Positions 1 through 9,927 are shown, numbered from the stretch's first letter. The stretch: 54,733 bases of DNA from an uncultured bacterium (GCA_964518275.1 CAZFFG010000002.1:1-54733), one strand, 5' to 3'. The notes: generated by a model not told the origin, from the letters alone. Numbers and translations: made by a program.

Positions 1-5
1 GCGGC

Positions 6-1973
6 GTGAGCGCTAAGGACAAGCCGGTCATGAAGACCACCGAGCGCGTGCGCGGGGGCGGTGGGCCGTTCGGCGGCGGCATGGTGGCGCAGAAGCCCAT
101 GAACTTCGGCCCGTCGGTGCGCCGCATCCTCAGGCTGCTGGCGCCGGAACGCGTGCGGGTCGGCGTGTTGTTGGCAGCCGGCGTCATCTCCGTGGCTCTC
201 GCCTCGGTCGGCCCGCGCGTGCTCGGCCGCGCTACCGACCTCATCTTCGGCGGCGTCATCGGGAAGCTGTTCCCGGAGGGAATCACCAAAGACGAGGCCA
301 TCGCTGGCGCCCGTGCAGCCGGCCAAGAGCAAGTGGCCGACCTGCTGACCGGGGTCGACCTCACGCCCGGGGTGGGCGTGGACTTCGGCGCGGTGGGCGA
401 AGTGCTGCTCCTCGTCATGGGTATCTACCTGGTCTCGTCGCTGCTCGGTTACCTGCAGGGTTATTTGCTGAACGACGTGGTGCAGGCCACCGTTTTCGGC
501 ATGCGCCAGGCGGCGGAGGAGAAGCTGAACCGGTTGCCGCTCAGCTACTTCGATCGGCAGCCGCGCGGTGAGCTCCTCAGCCGCGTCACCAACGACATAG
601 ACAACGTGTCGCAGTCTCTACAGCAGACCATGAGTCAGCTCCTCAGTTCGCTCCTCACGGTGCTCTTCGTGCTGATCATGATGTTCAGCATCTCGCCCGT
701 GCTCACGCTCATCGCGCTGGTGAGCATCCCCGTCACCATGGGCGTGGCCATGCTGGTCATGAAGCGCTCCGGTAAGCAGTTCGTGGAGCAGTGGCGCCGC
801 ACCGGCACGCTCAACGCCCGCATCGAGGAGGCGTTCACCGGCCACTCGTTGGTGAAGGTCTTCGGTCGGCAGGAGGAGGTGCAGGAGCTCTTCGAGGAGG
901 AGAACCGCGGGCTGTACGAGGCGGGCTTCCGGGCGCAGTTCCTCTCCGGACTGATCATGCCAGCGTCGGCCTTCATCGGTAACCTCAGTTACGCGCTGGT
1001 GGCCGTCATCGGCGGCCTGCGCGTGGCCAACGGCACCATCACGCTGGGCGCCGTGCAGGCGTTCATCCAGTACTCGCGCCAGTTCTCGCAACCCGTCACG
1101 CAGATAGCCTCCATGGTCAACATGCTGCAGTCGGGCGTGGCCTCCGCCGAGCGGGTGTTCGAGCTGCTCGACGCCGAGGAGCAGGTGGTGGAGGAGAGCG
1201 GCGTCTCGCTTCCCACTCCGGCGCGTGGCCGCGTGACGTTCGAGAACGTGTCGTTCCGTTACGAGGAGGACAGGCCCCTCATCGAGGACCTATCGCTGGT
1301 GGCGGAGCCAGGTCAGACGGTAGCCATCGTGGGACCCACCGGGGCCGGCAAGACCACCCTGGTGAACCTGCTCATGCGCTTCTACGAGCTGGACGGCGGC
1401 CGCATAACTCTGGACGGCGTCGACATCGCCGCGGTGCCCCGCGCCGAGCTGCGCACCCGCATCGGCATGGTGTTGCAGGACACGTGGCTCTTCAAGGGCA
1501 CCATCCGCGACAACATCGCCTACGGTCGCCCCGGTGCCAGCGAGGCCGACATCGTGGACGCCGCCAAGGCGACCTTCGTGGACCGCTTCGTGCACAGCCT
1601 GCCGGACGGTTACGACACGGTGATAGACGACGAGGGCAGCAACGTAAGCGCCGGCGAGAAGCAGCTCATCACCATCGCACGCGCCTTCCTCGCGGACCCC
1701 GCGCTGCTCATCCTCGACGAGGCAACCAGCTCGGTGGACACCCGCACGGAGCTGCTGCTGCAGAACGCCATGGCGGCGCTGCGCGGCAACCGTACCAGCT
1801 TCGTGATAGCTCATCGGCTCTCCACCATCGTGGGCGCCGACCTGATCCTCGTCATGGAGGAGGGGCGCATCGTGGAGCGCGGTATGCACGCTGAGCTGCT
1901 CGAACAGGGCGGCGCTTACGCGCGGCTCTACAACTCACAGTTCGAAGGGGAGGGCGCTCGGACGGTAGCCTAA
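6..1973 (+). CDS. ABC exporter, fused permease/ATPase half-transporter (MsbA/MdlB-like)
   Basis: 655-aa ORF. An N-terminal TM region is followed by Walker A GPTGAGKTT, signature SAGEKQ, Walker B LILDEATS and H-loop IAHRLST. The GTG start at 6 overlaps a TGA at 7-9 (GTGA), suggesting a coupled partner gene ending at the window edge. Confidence 0.9.
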   Translation: MSAKDKPVMKTTERVRGGGGPFGGGMVAQKPMNFGPSVRRILRLLAPERVRVGVLLAAGVISVALASVGPRVLGRATDLIFGGVIGKLFPEGITKDEAIAGARAAGQEQVADLLTGVDLTPGVGVDFGAVGEVLLLVMGIYLVSSLLGYLQGYLLNDVVQATVFGMRQAAEEKLNRLPLSYFDRQPRGELLSRVTNDIDNVSQSLQQTMSQLLSSLLTVLFVLIMMFSISPVLTLIALVSIPVTMGVAMLVMKRSGKQFVEQWRRTGTLNARIEEAFTGHSLVKVFGRQEEVQELFEEENRGLYEAGFRAQFLSGLIMPASAFIGNLSYALVAVIGGLRVANGTITLGAVQAFIQYSRQFSQPVTQIASMVNMLQSGVASAERVFELLDAEEQVVEESGVSLPTPARGRVTFENVSFRYEEDRPLIEDLSLVAEPGQTVAIVGPTGAGKTTLVNLLMRFYELDGGRITLDGVDIAAVPRAELRTRIGMVLQDTWLFKGTIRDNIAYGRPGASEADIVDAAKATFVDRFVHSLPDGYDTVIDDEGSNVSAGEKQLITIARAFLADPALLILDEATSSVDTRTELLLQNAMAALRGNRTSFVIAHRLSTIVGADLILVMEEGRIVERGMHAELLEQGGAYARLYNSQFEGEGARTVA

Positions 1974-1992
1974 GGCGCGGCAGGTAGGCCGA

Positions 1993-2694
1993 GTGAACAT
2001 GGCTAAGCGCATCCTGATCATCGAGGACGAACCGAAGCTGGCCGCCATCCTGGCTGCGCACCTGGAGCGTTACGGGTACGTGGCTGTGCGCGCCGAACGT
2101 TTCGACGACCTGAAGAACGAGTTCCTCGAAGCCAGCGCCGACCTGGTGCTGCTCGACGTGAACCTTCCCTGGTACGACGGCTTCTACTGGTGCCGCCAGA
2201 TCCGCACCGTGTCGAACGTACCGATCATCTTCATCTCCGCCCGCTCGGGCGAGATGGACCAGGTGATGGCCATAGACAACGGCGGCGACGACTACATCGT
2301 GAAGCCGTTCAACCTAGACCTGGTAACGGCCAAGGTGCGCGGGGCGCTGCGCCGCGCGTACGGCGAGTACGCCGCGGCCAGCGAGGAGAGCGCGCTCGGC
2401 GCCCTCGGTTACGACGCGCGTCGTCTGCGGGCCAGCTACGCCGGGCGCAGCGTGGAGCTCTCCCGCACCGAAGGGCAGCTGCTGGAGGCGCTGCTGCGCG
2501 CCGCCGGCAAGGTGGTGCGGCGCGATGTGCTGCTTGCGGCCCTGTGGGACGACGCGGAGTTCGTGGATGACAACACGCTCACCGTGAACGTGAACCGTCT
2601 CCGGCGCCGACTGGCCGACCTGGGTTTGGAAGAGGCGGTACGCACGGTGCGGGGCGAGGGGTACAGGCTCGAGCCGCCGGACGGACCGGCGTAA
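1993..2694 (+). CDS. OmpR-family response regulator (BceR-like)
   Basis: Receiver domain (ILIIEDEP, LLDVNLP, KPF) plus a winged-helix C-terminus (TVRGEGYRL). It lies directly upstream of the HK and the Bce-type ABC pair. An ATG at 1999 is an alternative start. Confidence 0.9.
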   Translation: MNMAKRILIIEDEPKLAAILAAHLERYGYVAVRAERFDDLKNEFLEASADLVLLDVNLPWYDGFYWCRQIRTVSNVPIIFISARSGEMDQVMAIDNGGDDYIVKPFNLDLVTAKVRGALRRAYGEYAAASEESALGALGYDARRLRASYAGRSVELSRTEGQLLEALLRAAGKVVRRDVLLAALWDDAEFVDDNTLTVNVNRLRRRLADLGLEEAVRTVRGEGYRLEPPDGPA

Positions 2695-2701
2695 GGCACC
2701 C

Positions 2702-3757
2702 GTGAGACCCCGCGATTACCTTCTCGACCGCCTGCCGCTCACGCTAGGTTTCGTGGTCGCCATCGGCTTCCTGCTCCTGGTGGTGCACTTAGGCGTGGCG
2801 CCCCTGAAGTGGGGCGACGCGGCCTACGTGCTGCTCTTGGGCGCCGTGACCGGCGCGGTGCTCTTGTACGTGGATTACCGCCGGCAAGCCGCGTTCAGGC
2901 GGGCGGTGGCTCGGCGTCTAGCCGCAGGCGAGGAGGGGGAGTACGACGCGGCGCCGCTCCCACCAGCCAAATCCCGCGAACAGGAGGCCTTCGCTGCGCT
3001 GCTGGCCGCTGATCAGCGGCGGGCGCTGGGCGCTCTGCAGCGCTACCGGCAGAGCGCCGAGCAGCACCGCACGTTCGTGGACCTCTGGGTGCATCAGATG
3101 AAGACCCCACTGGCCGTGCTGGAACTGACGGCTGACCAGCAGGACGACAGCGAGGAGTGGCGCAGCGTTTCGGAGGAGGTGGGCCACCTGAGCGAGGGGC
3201 TCGAGCTCATGCTCACCAGTGCGCGCTTGGAGCGCTTCGAGCTCGACCTCAGGCCCGTGCAGGTGGACCTCACGGAACTGGCCCGCTCGGGCGTTAACGC
3301 GTTGAAGGCCAGCTGGCTGCGCCACGGCGTGTACCCCAGCGTGAGCGCCCCTGAGGGCGGCGTGGCGGTGGAGTCGGACCCGAAGTGGCTGGCGGTGGTG
3401 CTTAGGCAGCTCCTCACGAACGCGGTCAAGTACAGCCCTAGCGGGGCACGCGTGCGGGTGCAGGTGGACGCCTTGCCGGGCGGTGGCGCGCGCCTGCGCG
3501 TGGTCGACGAGGGCATGGGCATACCGCCCGAGGACGTGCCGCGGGTTTTCGACCGCTTCTTCACCGGTCAGAACGGGCGCCGCACCCAGGCGTCGACTGG
3601 CATGGGTCTCTTCCTGGCCGCCGAGATCTGCCGGCGGCTTGGGCACGAGCTGGCGGTGGAGAGCGCAGTGGGTGAGGGCTCAACTTTCACGTTGACCATG
3701 CGGCCGCAGGGGCTGCACCGTGGATTGAGCGCAGAAGCTCAGGCCGACACAACGTGA
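2702..3757 (+). CDS. Intramembrane-sensing histidine kinase (BceS-like)
   Basis: Two N-terminal TM helices with almost no extracellular loop. H-box HQMKTPL, N-box LLTNAVKYS, G1 DEGMGIP and G2 GMGLFLA are present. Only 351 aa. Confidence 0.9.
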   Translation: MRPRDYLLDRLPLTLGFVVAIGFLLLVVHLGVAPLKWGDAAYVLLLGAVTGAVLLYVDYRRQAAFRRAVARRLAAGEEGEYDAAPLPPAKSREQEAFAALLAADQRRALGALQRYRQSAEQHRTFVDLWVHQMKTPLAVLELTADQQDDSEEWRSVSEEVGHLSEGLELMLTSARLERFELDLRPVQVDLTELARSGVNALKASWLRHGVYPSVSAPEGGVAVESDPKWLAVVLRQLLTNAVKYSPSGARVRVQVDALPGGGARLRVVDEGMGIPPEDVPRVFDRFFTGQNGRRTQASTGMGLFLAAEICRRLGHELAVESAVGEGSTFTLTMRPQGLHRGLSAEAQADTT

Positions 3758-3768
3758 CACCTCTGTAA
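3755..3768 (+). promoter_or_regulatory. Candidate BceR-type response-regulator box TGACA-cctc-TGTAA
   Basis: The sequence tgacacctctgtaa fits the TNACA-N4-TGTAA repeat that I recall as the consensus for BceR-like regulators. It sits about 65-75 nt upstream of the ABC ATPase ATG (3832) and overlaps the HK stop codon. Confidence 0.5.
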
Positions 3769-3831
3769 GGTTCGGCGATGGTAGCCCCCTGACTGCCGCG
3801 GCTACGCTCTTCCCAGCGAAGGGAGGGCATC

Positions 3832-4656
3832 ATGCCCGCAGCTACGAATCCAAGAGTCATCTACAGTTCCACCGGAGACGCGCAAGCGGTACTAGAAGCC
3901 AGTGGCCTAACCAAGGTCTACGGCGCCGCCGGCGGCGCTACCCACACGGCGCTCGACACCTTCGACCTCCGCGTTGGCCGAGGCGAGTTCCTCGGCGTCA
4001 TGGGCCCCTCCGGCAGCGGTAAGACCACGCTCCTCAACCTGCTCGCCACCATAGACACCCCCACGGCCGGCAGCGTGCGGGTAGGTGGCATCGACCCGGC
4101 TGGCATGAACGCCACTGAACTGGCGCGCTTCCGGCGCCGGCAGCTTGGCTTCGTGTTCCAGGAGTTCAACCTGCTCGACACCCTCACGGTTCGGGAGAAC
4201 ATCCTCTTGCCGCTGGTGCTCGACAAGGTGAAGCTGGCCGAGATGAACCGGCGCCTGACGGAGGTCACCGAGCGCCTGGGCATCGGCGAGCTGCTGGAGC
4301 GGCGGCCGTTCGAGATATCGGGCGGCCAGCAGCAGCGCGTGGCTATCGCCCGCGCCATCATCCCGGGACCAGCAGTGGTGCTGGCCGACGAGCTGACCGG
4401 CAACCTCGACTCGAAGAGCGCGCTCGATGTGATGACCACCCTTCAGGGTCTCAACGACGACGGCGTGACCGTGGTGATGGTGACCCACGACCCGTTCGCC
4501 GCGAGCTTCTGCAAGCGCATCGTGTTCATCAAGGACGGCCAGCGCTTCAGCGAGATGACGCGGGGCGCCAACCGCCAGGCCTTCTTCCAGCAGGTGCTCG
4601 ATTCGCTGAGCGTGATGGGGGGTGCCAAAGATGAGCTTCTGGCAGCTCGCGCTTAG
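3832..4656 (+). CDS. ABC transporter ATP-binding protein (BceA/MacB-type)
   Basis: Walker A GPSGSGKTT, signature SGGQQQRVAIARA, Walker B VVLADELTGNLD. SD-like gaagggaggg lies upstream of the ATG. Confidence 0.92.
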   Translation: MPAATNPRVIYSSTGDAQAVLEASGLTKVYGAAGGATHTALDTFDLRVGRGEFLGVMGPSGSGKTTLLNLLATIDTPTAGSVRVGGIDPAGMNATELARFRRRQLGFVFQEFNLLDTLTVRENILLPLVLDKVKLAEMNRRLTEVTERLGIGELLERRPFEISGGQQQRVAIARAIIPGPAVVLADELTGNLDSKSALDVMTTLQGLNDDGVTVVMVTHDPFAASFCKRIVFIKDGQRFSEMTRGANRQAFFQQVLDSLSVMGGAKDELLAARA

Positions 4657-6511
4657 TAACGTCCGCGGCAGCGCGCTGCGCTACGCGGCCTTCTTCCTCA
4701 GCAGCGTCTTCTCGGTGCTCCTCTTCTTCCTCTACGCCCAGTTCATCCTCCACCCCGACGTAACGAACGGTTACATCTACGGCGGCGAGGCCACTCGCGT
4801 GGTGCTCACCGTGTGCTTGGTGCTGGTGGCCGTGTTCGCGTTCTTCTTCGTGCTCTACTCCAGCGGCGCCTTCCTGCGGGCCCGCAACCGCGAGTTCGGG
4901 CTGCTGACGCTCATGGGCACCACCCGCGGTCAGTTACGGCGCCTCATCTGGCTCGAGAACACCATCCTGTCGCTGGCCGCCATCCTGGTGGGCATCGCGG
5001 GTGGCCTGCTCTTCTCGCGCCTGTTCATGCTGGGCATCAGCCGGATCCTGAGCCTGGACGAACCGGTGCGCTTCATGGTCGTGCCTAACGCCGTGCTGCT
5101 CACCGCCGTTAGCTTCTTCGTGCTCTTCCAGCTCGTCACGCTGGTGAGCGGCTTCCAGATCGGTGGGCGGAGCGTGGTGGAACTCATGCGGGCGGCCCGT
5201 CGGCCTCGTGTGCCGCCCCGCGCGTCCGGCTGGCTGGCGCTGCTTGGCGCGGTGCTGGTTGTGGCAGGTTACGTGGCGGCGCTGGTGGTCGAGGGCATGA
5301 GCGTGGTCGTGGCGTTCGTGCCGGTGGTGGTCGCGGTCGTCTTGGGTACCTACCTTGTGTTCAACCACGGCAGCGTGAAGCTCCTCCAGTTCCTGCAGCG
5401 CGACGAGGCGCGTTACCTGAGCGGCACCCGGCTGCTGGTGGTCTCGCAGCTCCTCTTCCGTGTGCGCGACAACGCACGTCTGTTCGCCACCATCGCCACG
5501 CTGAGCGCAGTGGTGCTGGCCGCGGCCGGCTCCTTCTACATCTCTACCCGTCAGCTGGCGCAGGTCACGGACGCCGCCTTCCCGCACCAGCTCGCCTTCC
5601 TGGCGCGGCCGAGCACGCCGAGCGCGGCCGTTACGCCCGAGACGGTCGACGGGCTCTTCGAGCGCCACGGTGTAACGCCGACCATCAGGGAGACGATCGA
5701 GATCCACGAGCTGCCCTACACGGAGGCAGACGACCCCGATGCGCGCGGCTGGCTCGTGCTGGTGGGGGAGAGCGCCTACGCCACGTTGGCCGAACGGGTC
5801 GGCTTCGAAGCGGCCCCCAGCGGCCCGGCCACCACGCTGGCGTACCGAGACGGCGAAGCCGTGCTGGGAGCGGTAGACGGTCTGAGCGCCACCCCTGTGG
5901 AGCCGAGCATGTCCGTGCCAGGCGGTGTGCGCTGGAACTGGTACGTGGTGCCCGACGCGGCGTTAGCGGCGCTGCCGACCACCGGTAGGCGCTACGAACC
6001 CGCCGGACTGTGGCTGTACGACTGGCCCGAGGGCCGCCTACCGCAGGCGCTCGCCGCCGAGCTCCTCGAGGCCTCGTTCGCGGCTCCCTCCCTGGAGCTG
6101 GCGGGACGCTTCGTGGTCTCCCGCACGGTGCGTGAGACGTTCGGGCTCTCCATGTTCGCCGGCCTGTTCGTGTCGCTGCTCTTCTTCATCGGTGCCGGCA
6201 GCCTCATCTACTTCAAGCTCTTCACCGAGCTGGAAGGCGACCGCCGCCTGTTCGGCCGCCTGCGGCGCCTCGGCATAACGCCCGCCGAGACGGCGCGCAC
6301 CGTAACTGCGCAGATCGCAGCCATCTTCCTACTGCCCTTCGCGCTCGGCGGCCTGCACGCACTGGTGGCGCTCGACGCCCTCGGTGGTCTGCTCATGTTC
6401 GACGTCGTTCAGTACAGCCTGATAGTGGTGGGCCTGTTCGCGGTCGTGCAGTTCATGTTCTTCCTGCTCACGCGCGCCACCTACCTGCGAGCGCTCAGGC
6501 CCGCGCGGTGA
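4631..6511 (+). CDS. FtsX-family ABC permease with a large extracytoplasmic domain (BceB-like)
   Basis: About 626 aa with multiple TM helices. A ~200-aa soluble insert (PSTPSAAVTPETVDG...GRLPQALAAELLEAS) lies between helix bundles, as in BceB. The start overlaps the ATPase gene end. The ORF opens at GTG 4622 and the first ATG is at 4631. Confidence 0.88.
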   Translation: MSFWQLALSNVRGSALRYAAFFLSSVFSVLLFFLYAQFILHPDVTNGYIYGGEATRVVLTVCLVLVAVFAFFFVLYSSGAFLRARNREFGLLTLMGTTRGQLRRLIWLENTILSLAAILVGIAGGLLFSRLFMLGISRILSLDEPVRFMVVPNAVLLTAVSFFVLFQLVTLVSGFQIGGRSVVELMRAARRPRVPPRASGWLALLGAVLVVAGYVAALVVEGMSVVVAFVPVVVAVVLGTYLVFNHGSVKLLQFLQRDEARYLSGTRLLVVSQLLFRVRDNARLFATIATLSAVVLAAAGSFYISTRQLAQVTDAAFPHQLAFLARPSTPSAAVTPETVDGLFERHGVTPTIRETIEIHELPYTEADDPDARGWLVLVGESAYATLAERVGFEAAPSGPATTLAYRDGEAVLGAVDGLSATPVEPSMSVPGGVRWNWYVVPDAALAALPTTGRRYEPAGLWLYDWPEGRLPQALAAELLEASFAAPSLELAGRFVVSRTVRETFGLSMFAGLFVSLLFFIGAGSLIYFKLFTELEGDRRLFGRLRRLGITPAETARTVTAQIAAIFLLPFALGGLHALVALDALGGLLMFDVVQYSLIVVGLFAVVQFMFFLLTRATYLRALRPAR

Positions 6512-6522
6512 GAGCCGAACCC

Positions 6523-7323
6523 TCAGGCGAGCGTTTCGAGGTAGCCGCGCCACACGGGCAGGTGACCGACCTCGGCGCGGTAGAACTCCTTCAGGCTGAG
6601 CTTGGCGGCGGCGGCCTCGTCGGTGATCACATGGCAGCGGCGATGGAACTGCAGCGCGGTGGCGGTTATGACGCCCACCACGGGCCCCTCCAGGCTCCGT
6701 GCGAGGATGTCGGCCTTATGCTCGCCTGTGACCACCAGCAGCGCCTCGCGCGAGTCGAGGATGGTGCCCACCCCCATGGTGAGCGCGGTGGTGGGCACGG
6801 CGTTCGGGTCGCCGCCGAACATGGCCGCGTTCTGCTTCCGGGTGTGCGGCGCGAGGGGTTGAACGCGCGTGCGCGACTGGAATCCCGACAGCGGTTCGTT
6901 GAAGCCGATGTGCCCGTTGGAACCGAGGCCCAGCAGCTGCAGGTCGATGCCGCCGGCGGCCGCTATGGCTGCCTCGTAAGCGTCGCACTCGGCGTCCAAG
7001 TCGGTAGCCAGACCGTTCGGTACATGCGTGTTGGCCGGGTCGATGTTCACGTGCGAGAAGAAGTAGCGCTGCATGTAGTGACGGTAGGAGCGCTCGTCGC
7101 TGCCGCCCACGCCCACGTACTCGTCTAGGTTGAAGGTTCGCACCCGCGAGAAGTCGATCCGGTCCGTCTGCGCCAGCTGTGCGAGCTCAGCGTAGATGCC
7201 CTCCATGGTGCGCCCGGTGGCGCAGCCGAGCACGAGGTCGGGTTTGGCTCTAACGCGGTCGGCCACGAGTCGGGCCGTGATGCGCTCGACGTGCTCGGCG
7301 GTCGGAAGGATGACGACGTCCAT
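6523..7323 (-). CDS. nagB: Glucosamine-6-phosphate deaminase/isomerase
   Basis: Motif LGLGSNGHIGFNEP and overall NagB/Pgl-family pattern. The ATG at 7323 (MDVVILPT) is preferred over the TTG at 7341. Confidence 0.85.
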   Translation of the reverse strand: MDVVILPTAEHVERITARLVADRVRAKPDLVLGCATGRTMEGIYAELAQLAQTDRIDFSRVRTFNLDEYVGVGGSDERSYRHYMQRYFFSHVNIDPANTHVPNGLATDLDAECDAYEAAIAAAGGIDLQLLGLGSNGHIGFNEPLSGFQSRTRVQPLAPHTRKQNAAMFGGDPNAVPTTALTMGVGTILDSREALLVVTGEHKADILARSLEGPVVGVITATALQFHRRCHVITDEAAAAKLSLKEFYRAEVGHLPVWRGYLETLA

Positions 7324-7376
7324 GGCGCATACGGTACCCAACCTTGGCGCCGCGTGTGCGAGGTTAGGTCGGGGTC

Positions 7377-7631
7377 TCAGCGGAGCAGCAGGTCGTCGGA
7401 GGACTTGTCCGGCGCCTCGCGGAGCCGCCTCAAGAGCACGCGTCCCTCGCGCAGGGCTGCCTCGGCGGTGTCGCGTGTAGGCGCGGCCAGCACAGCCTCT
7501 ACCGTGCGGTCGAAGGAGAACAGCTCTACGTCGAAGATGGCCTCGAGCCGTTTCTGTGCGGCTATCGCGCGCACGTCGGCGAGCAGGTTACGGAGCTGGA
7601 CCTCCTGGTACGGGTAGATCTCACGTTGCAT
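7377..7631 (-). CDS. Hypothetical small protein (84 aa)
   Basis: The ATG at 7631 lies inside the last codons of the upstream HD gene (11-nt overlap), preceded by AAGGAGA. It lies in line in the MFS-HD-x-nagB gene string. No recognisable motif. Confidence 0.45.
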   Translation of the reverse strand: MQREIYPYQEVQLRNLLADVRAIAAQKRLEAIFDVELFSFDRTVEAVLAAPTRDTAEAALREGRVLLRRLREAPDKSSDDLLLR

Positions 7632-8271
7632 CGTTAGGGGTCGTCTCCTTCCGGGCTTCGAGGTACCAAGCGTTCACCACGCTGAAGAGCTCTCTGGCCA
7701 GCTCACCGCTGAGCCGCGCCTGAGCGCCTGCGAAGAACTCGTCGAGGTGCCGGTGACCGCCTCGCGACGGTACGAGCACCGACGGGTCGTAGGCCCCGTC
7801 GCGCTCGTACTTCAGACCCTGCAGGCACATGTCGAGGAGGTTCATGTCGCGCACGAACACGGCCTCGGGCGAGGCGCGCTCCTCGTACTCCAGCCAGAGG
7901 GCGCGCAGGTGAGCTACCGGTGCTGGCAGTAGGTCGTCCATGGCCGCAAGCTCACGGGCGCTCTTCTCGGCCTCCGACACGGCGCGGTCGTGCGGATCGA
8001 GCCTGGCGGCGTGATCGCCCGTGGTGGCCTCAGCCAGGTCGTGTAGCACCGCGATCTCGACGGCCTTGGCGCGGTTCACCCCGGCGGCTTCCGCGAACAG
8101 GAGGCAGAGGTAGGCCGTGCCCCATGAGTGCGCGGCCACCGTTTCGGCGTGCCTCACACCGTGCTGCACCCAACCCACACGCGGCTCGTCCTTGAGGGGG
8201 AGGGCAGCGTAGGCTAGCGACAGTTTGGTTTCCAGCTCGGTGGCCACCACGCTCTGCAGGTTACCGCGCAC
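7621..8271 (-). CDS. HD-domain phosphohydrolase (YfbR-like 5'-nucleotidase family)
   Basis: His-Asp signature (AHSWGTAYL, LHDLAEATTGD). The start is uncertain. GTG 8271, just after the MFS stop, is chosen. The ORF is open to 8325. Confidence 0.8.
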   Translation of the reverse strand: MRGNLQSVVATELETKLSLAYAALPLKDEPRVGWVQHGVRHAETVAAHSWGTAYLCLLFAEAAGVNRAKAVEIAVLHDLAEATTGDHAARLDPHDRAVSEAEKSARELAAMDDLLPAPVAHLRALWLEYEERASPEAVFVRDMNLLDMCLQGLKYERDGAYDPSVLVPSRGGHRHLDEFFAGAQARLSGELARELFSVVNAWYLEARKETTPNDAT

Positions 8272-8281
8272 AGCCCCAGCG

Positions 8282-9622
8282 CTACTGTTTGGCTTCCTCC
8301 GCTGGCGAGGCGAACACCTCGCCACCCTCTGGCTCGGTGACCACGGCCAACGTGACCTTGGGCGCGGGTTCGGTGGTGTAGCGCGCCACCATCACGTAAG
8401 CGAGGGCCGAGGCCACGGTGATGACGCCCGCGATGCCTAGCGCCATGCGCGGACCCTGCACGGTGGCCAACCACCCCAGCGGGCCTGAGGCGAGGGCAAT
8501 GCCCCCGAAGAACACCAGCGAGTGCACGCTCATCATGGAGCTCCGGCGGGCCGACGGGATGGCGTCGTGCAGGATGGCGTCGTGCGGCACGTTGCTGGTA
8601 GCCAGCGCGAAGTACACGAGCGCGAAGGTTATCCCGAGCCCGATAGAGCCGGTCATCAGTGCGAAGAGCAGGATGGCGGCACCCCTGATCAGGGTGCTGA
8701 AACCTGCCAGCGCCGCGGGTCCGCCGGGGAAGGCCTTGCCCCACTTCATGACGGCCAGGCTGCCGGCCAGTAGCGCCACGCCTGAGAGCGTGCCCAGCAC
8801 CCCGAACGGGATGCTGTCGCTGGCGTCGGACCCGAACGTGAACGCGGCGATGGGTTGCCAGAAGGTCTCGATGCTCACCATGGCGAGCCCGGAGGCGAAC
8901 GCCGCCACGAGTAGCCAGCGCACCTGCGGGATGGAGCGCGAGAGGCCGAACGCGTCCTTGAGGATGGCCGGCACCGCGCTGGGCCCCACGGGATCGGAGC
9001 CTTGAGGCTTGACGGGTTCGTGCATGAGGGAGAACGTGAGCAGCCAGACGACCAGCCGTAGTGCCAGCCCTGCGAAGAGAGCGATGCCGAAGTCAGACAG
9101 TGGGAAGCCGAGCTCGAGGCCGGCGGTGAGGCGCGGCAGGAAACCACCCAGGGTGGTGCCGGCCAGCATGCCCACCGCCTGGAAGACGTTGACGGCCGCC
9201 AAGTGAGGTTGCAGCTCCACACCCGGCTCGAGCCGTTTCAGCTCGTCGACGTACCAAGCGTCGAGGGCGCCTGAGTGCAGCGCCGCCCCCACCCCTTGGA
9301 GCAGGGCGTAGAGCAGCGCGAGGAAGGGGCCTGTTACGAAGAGCAGCGCCAGGAAGGAAGCCGCCGTGAAGAGCTGCGAGGCCAGCGCGATGGGGCGCCG
9401 CCCGATGGCGTCGGCGAGGCCGCCCGTGGGCAGTTCGAGCAGCACCACGAGCACGGCCCGGATGGTGAAAGCCAAGCCGATGACCGCTAGGTCGAGCCCC
9501 CGCCCGGTCATGTGCAGCACCAGCACGGGCATGGGCACCGCGATGGCGAGCTCAAGCAAGCCGATGAGGAACGCGTACCGGAACGTGAGCGCGCGGCTGG
9601 TGCCGGGTACTATGCTCACCAC
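8282..9622 (-). CDS. MFS transporter
   Basis: 446 aa, about 12 hydrophobic helices, motif GGLADAIGRRP between TM2 and TM3. GTG start. Confidence 0.85.
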   Translation of the reverse strand: MVSIVPGTSRALTFRYAFLIGLLELAIAVPMPVLVLHMTGRGLDLAVIGLAFTIRAVLVVLLELPTGGLADAIGRRPIALASQLFTAASFLALLFVTGPFLALLYALLQGVGAALHSGALDAWYVDELKRLEPGVELQPHLAAVNVFQAVGMLAGTTLGGFLPRLTAGLELGFPLSDFGIALFAGLALRLVVWLLTFSLMHEPVKPQGSDPVGPSAVPAILKDAFGLSRSIPQVRWLLVAAFASGLAMVSIETFWQPIAAFTFGSDASDSIPFGVLGTLSGVALLAGSLAVMKWGKAFPGGPAALAGFSTLIRGAAILLFALMTGSIGLGITFALVYFALATSNVPHDAILHDAIPSARRSSMMSVHSLVFFGGIALASGPLGWLATVQGPRMALGIAGVITVASALAYVMVARYTTEPAPKVTLAVVTEPEGGEVFASPAEEAKQ

Positions 9623-9927
9623 GGGCGAACTGGGTCGGCAGTGCTGACGTGAATACGCGAAAGCGCGCGCAAAGCAGCCGCGCGGTTAGTTACCGCGCTT
9701 CGTGAGCGCAGTTGAGTGGAAACTAGTCGGGCCCCCTGCCCGAACGGATTGGCCGTTCGCACCATCTGTTTCTCCTCCAGGTGGGGGCATCATAGCAAGC
9801 CCGCCGGGCGCCCTCTTAGCCGCGCATACTGAAACGAGTCAAGTTCTAGGCACAAGCCTAGAACCAGTAGGCTGTCGCCCAGGCGCACCCCGATCTTCCA
9901 CGGACAGGACCGGTCATTACCGTACGG

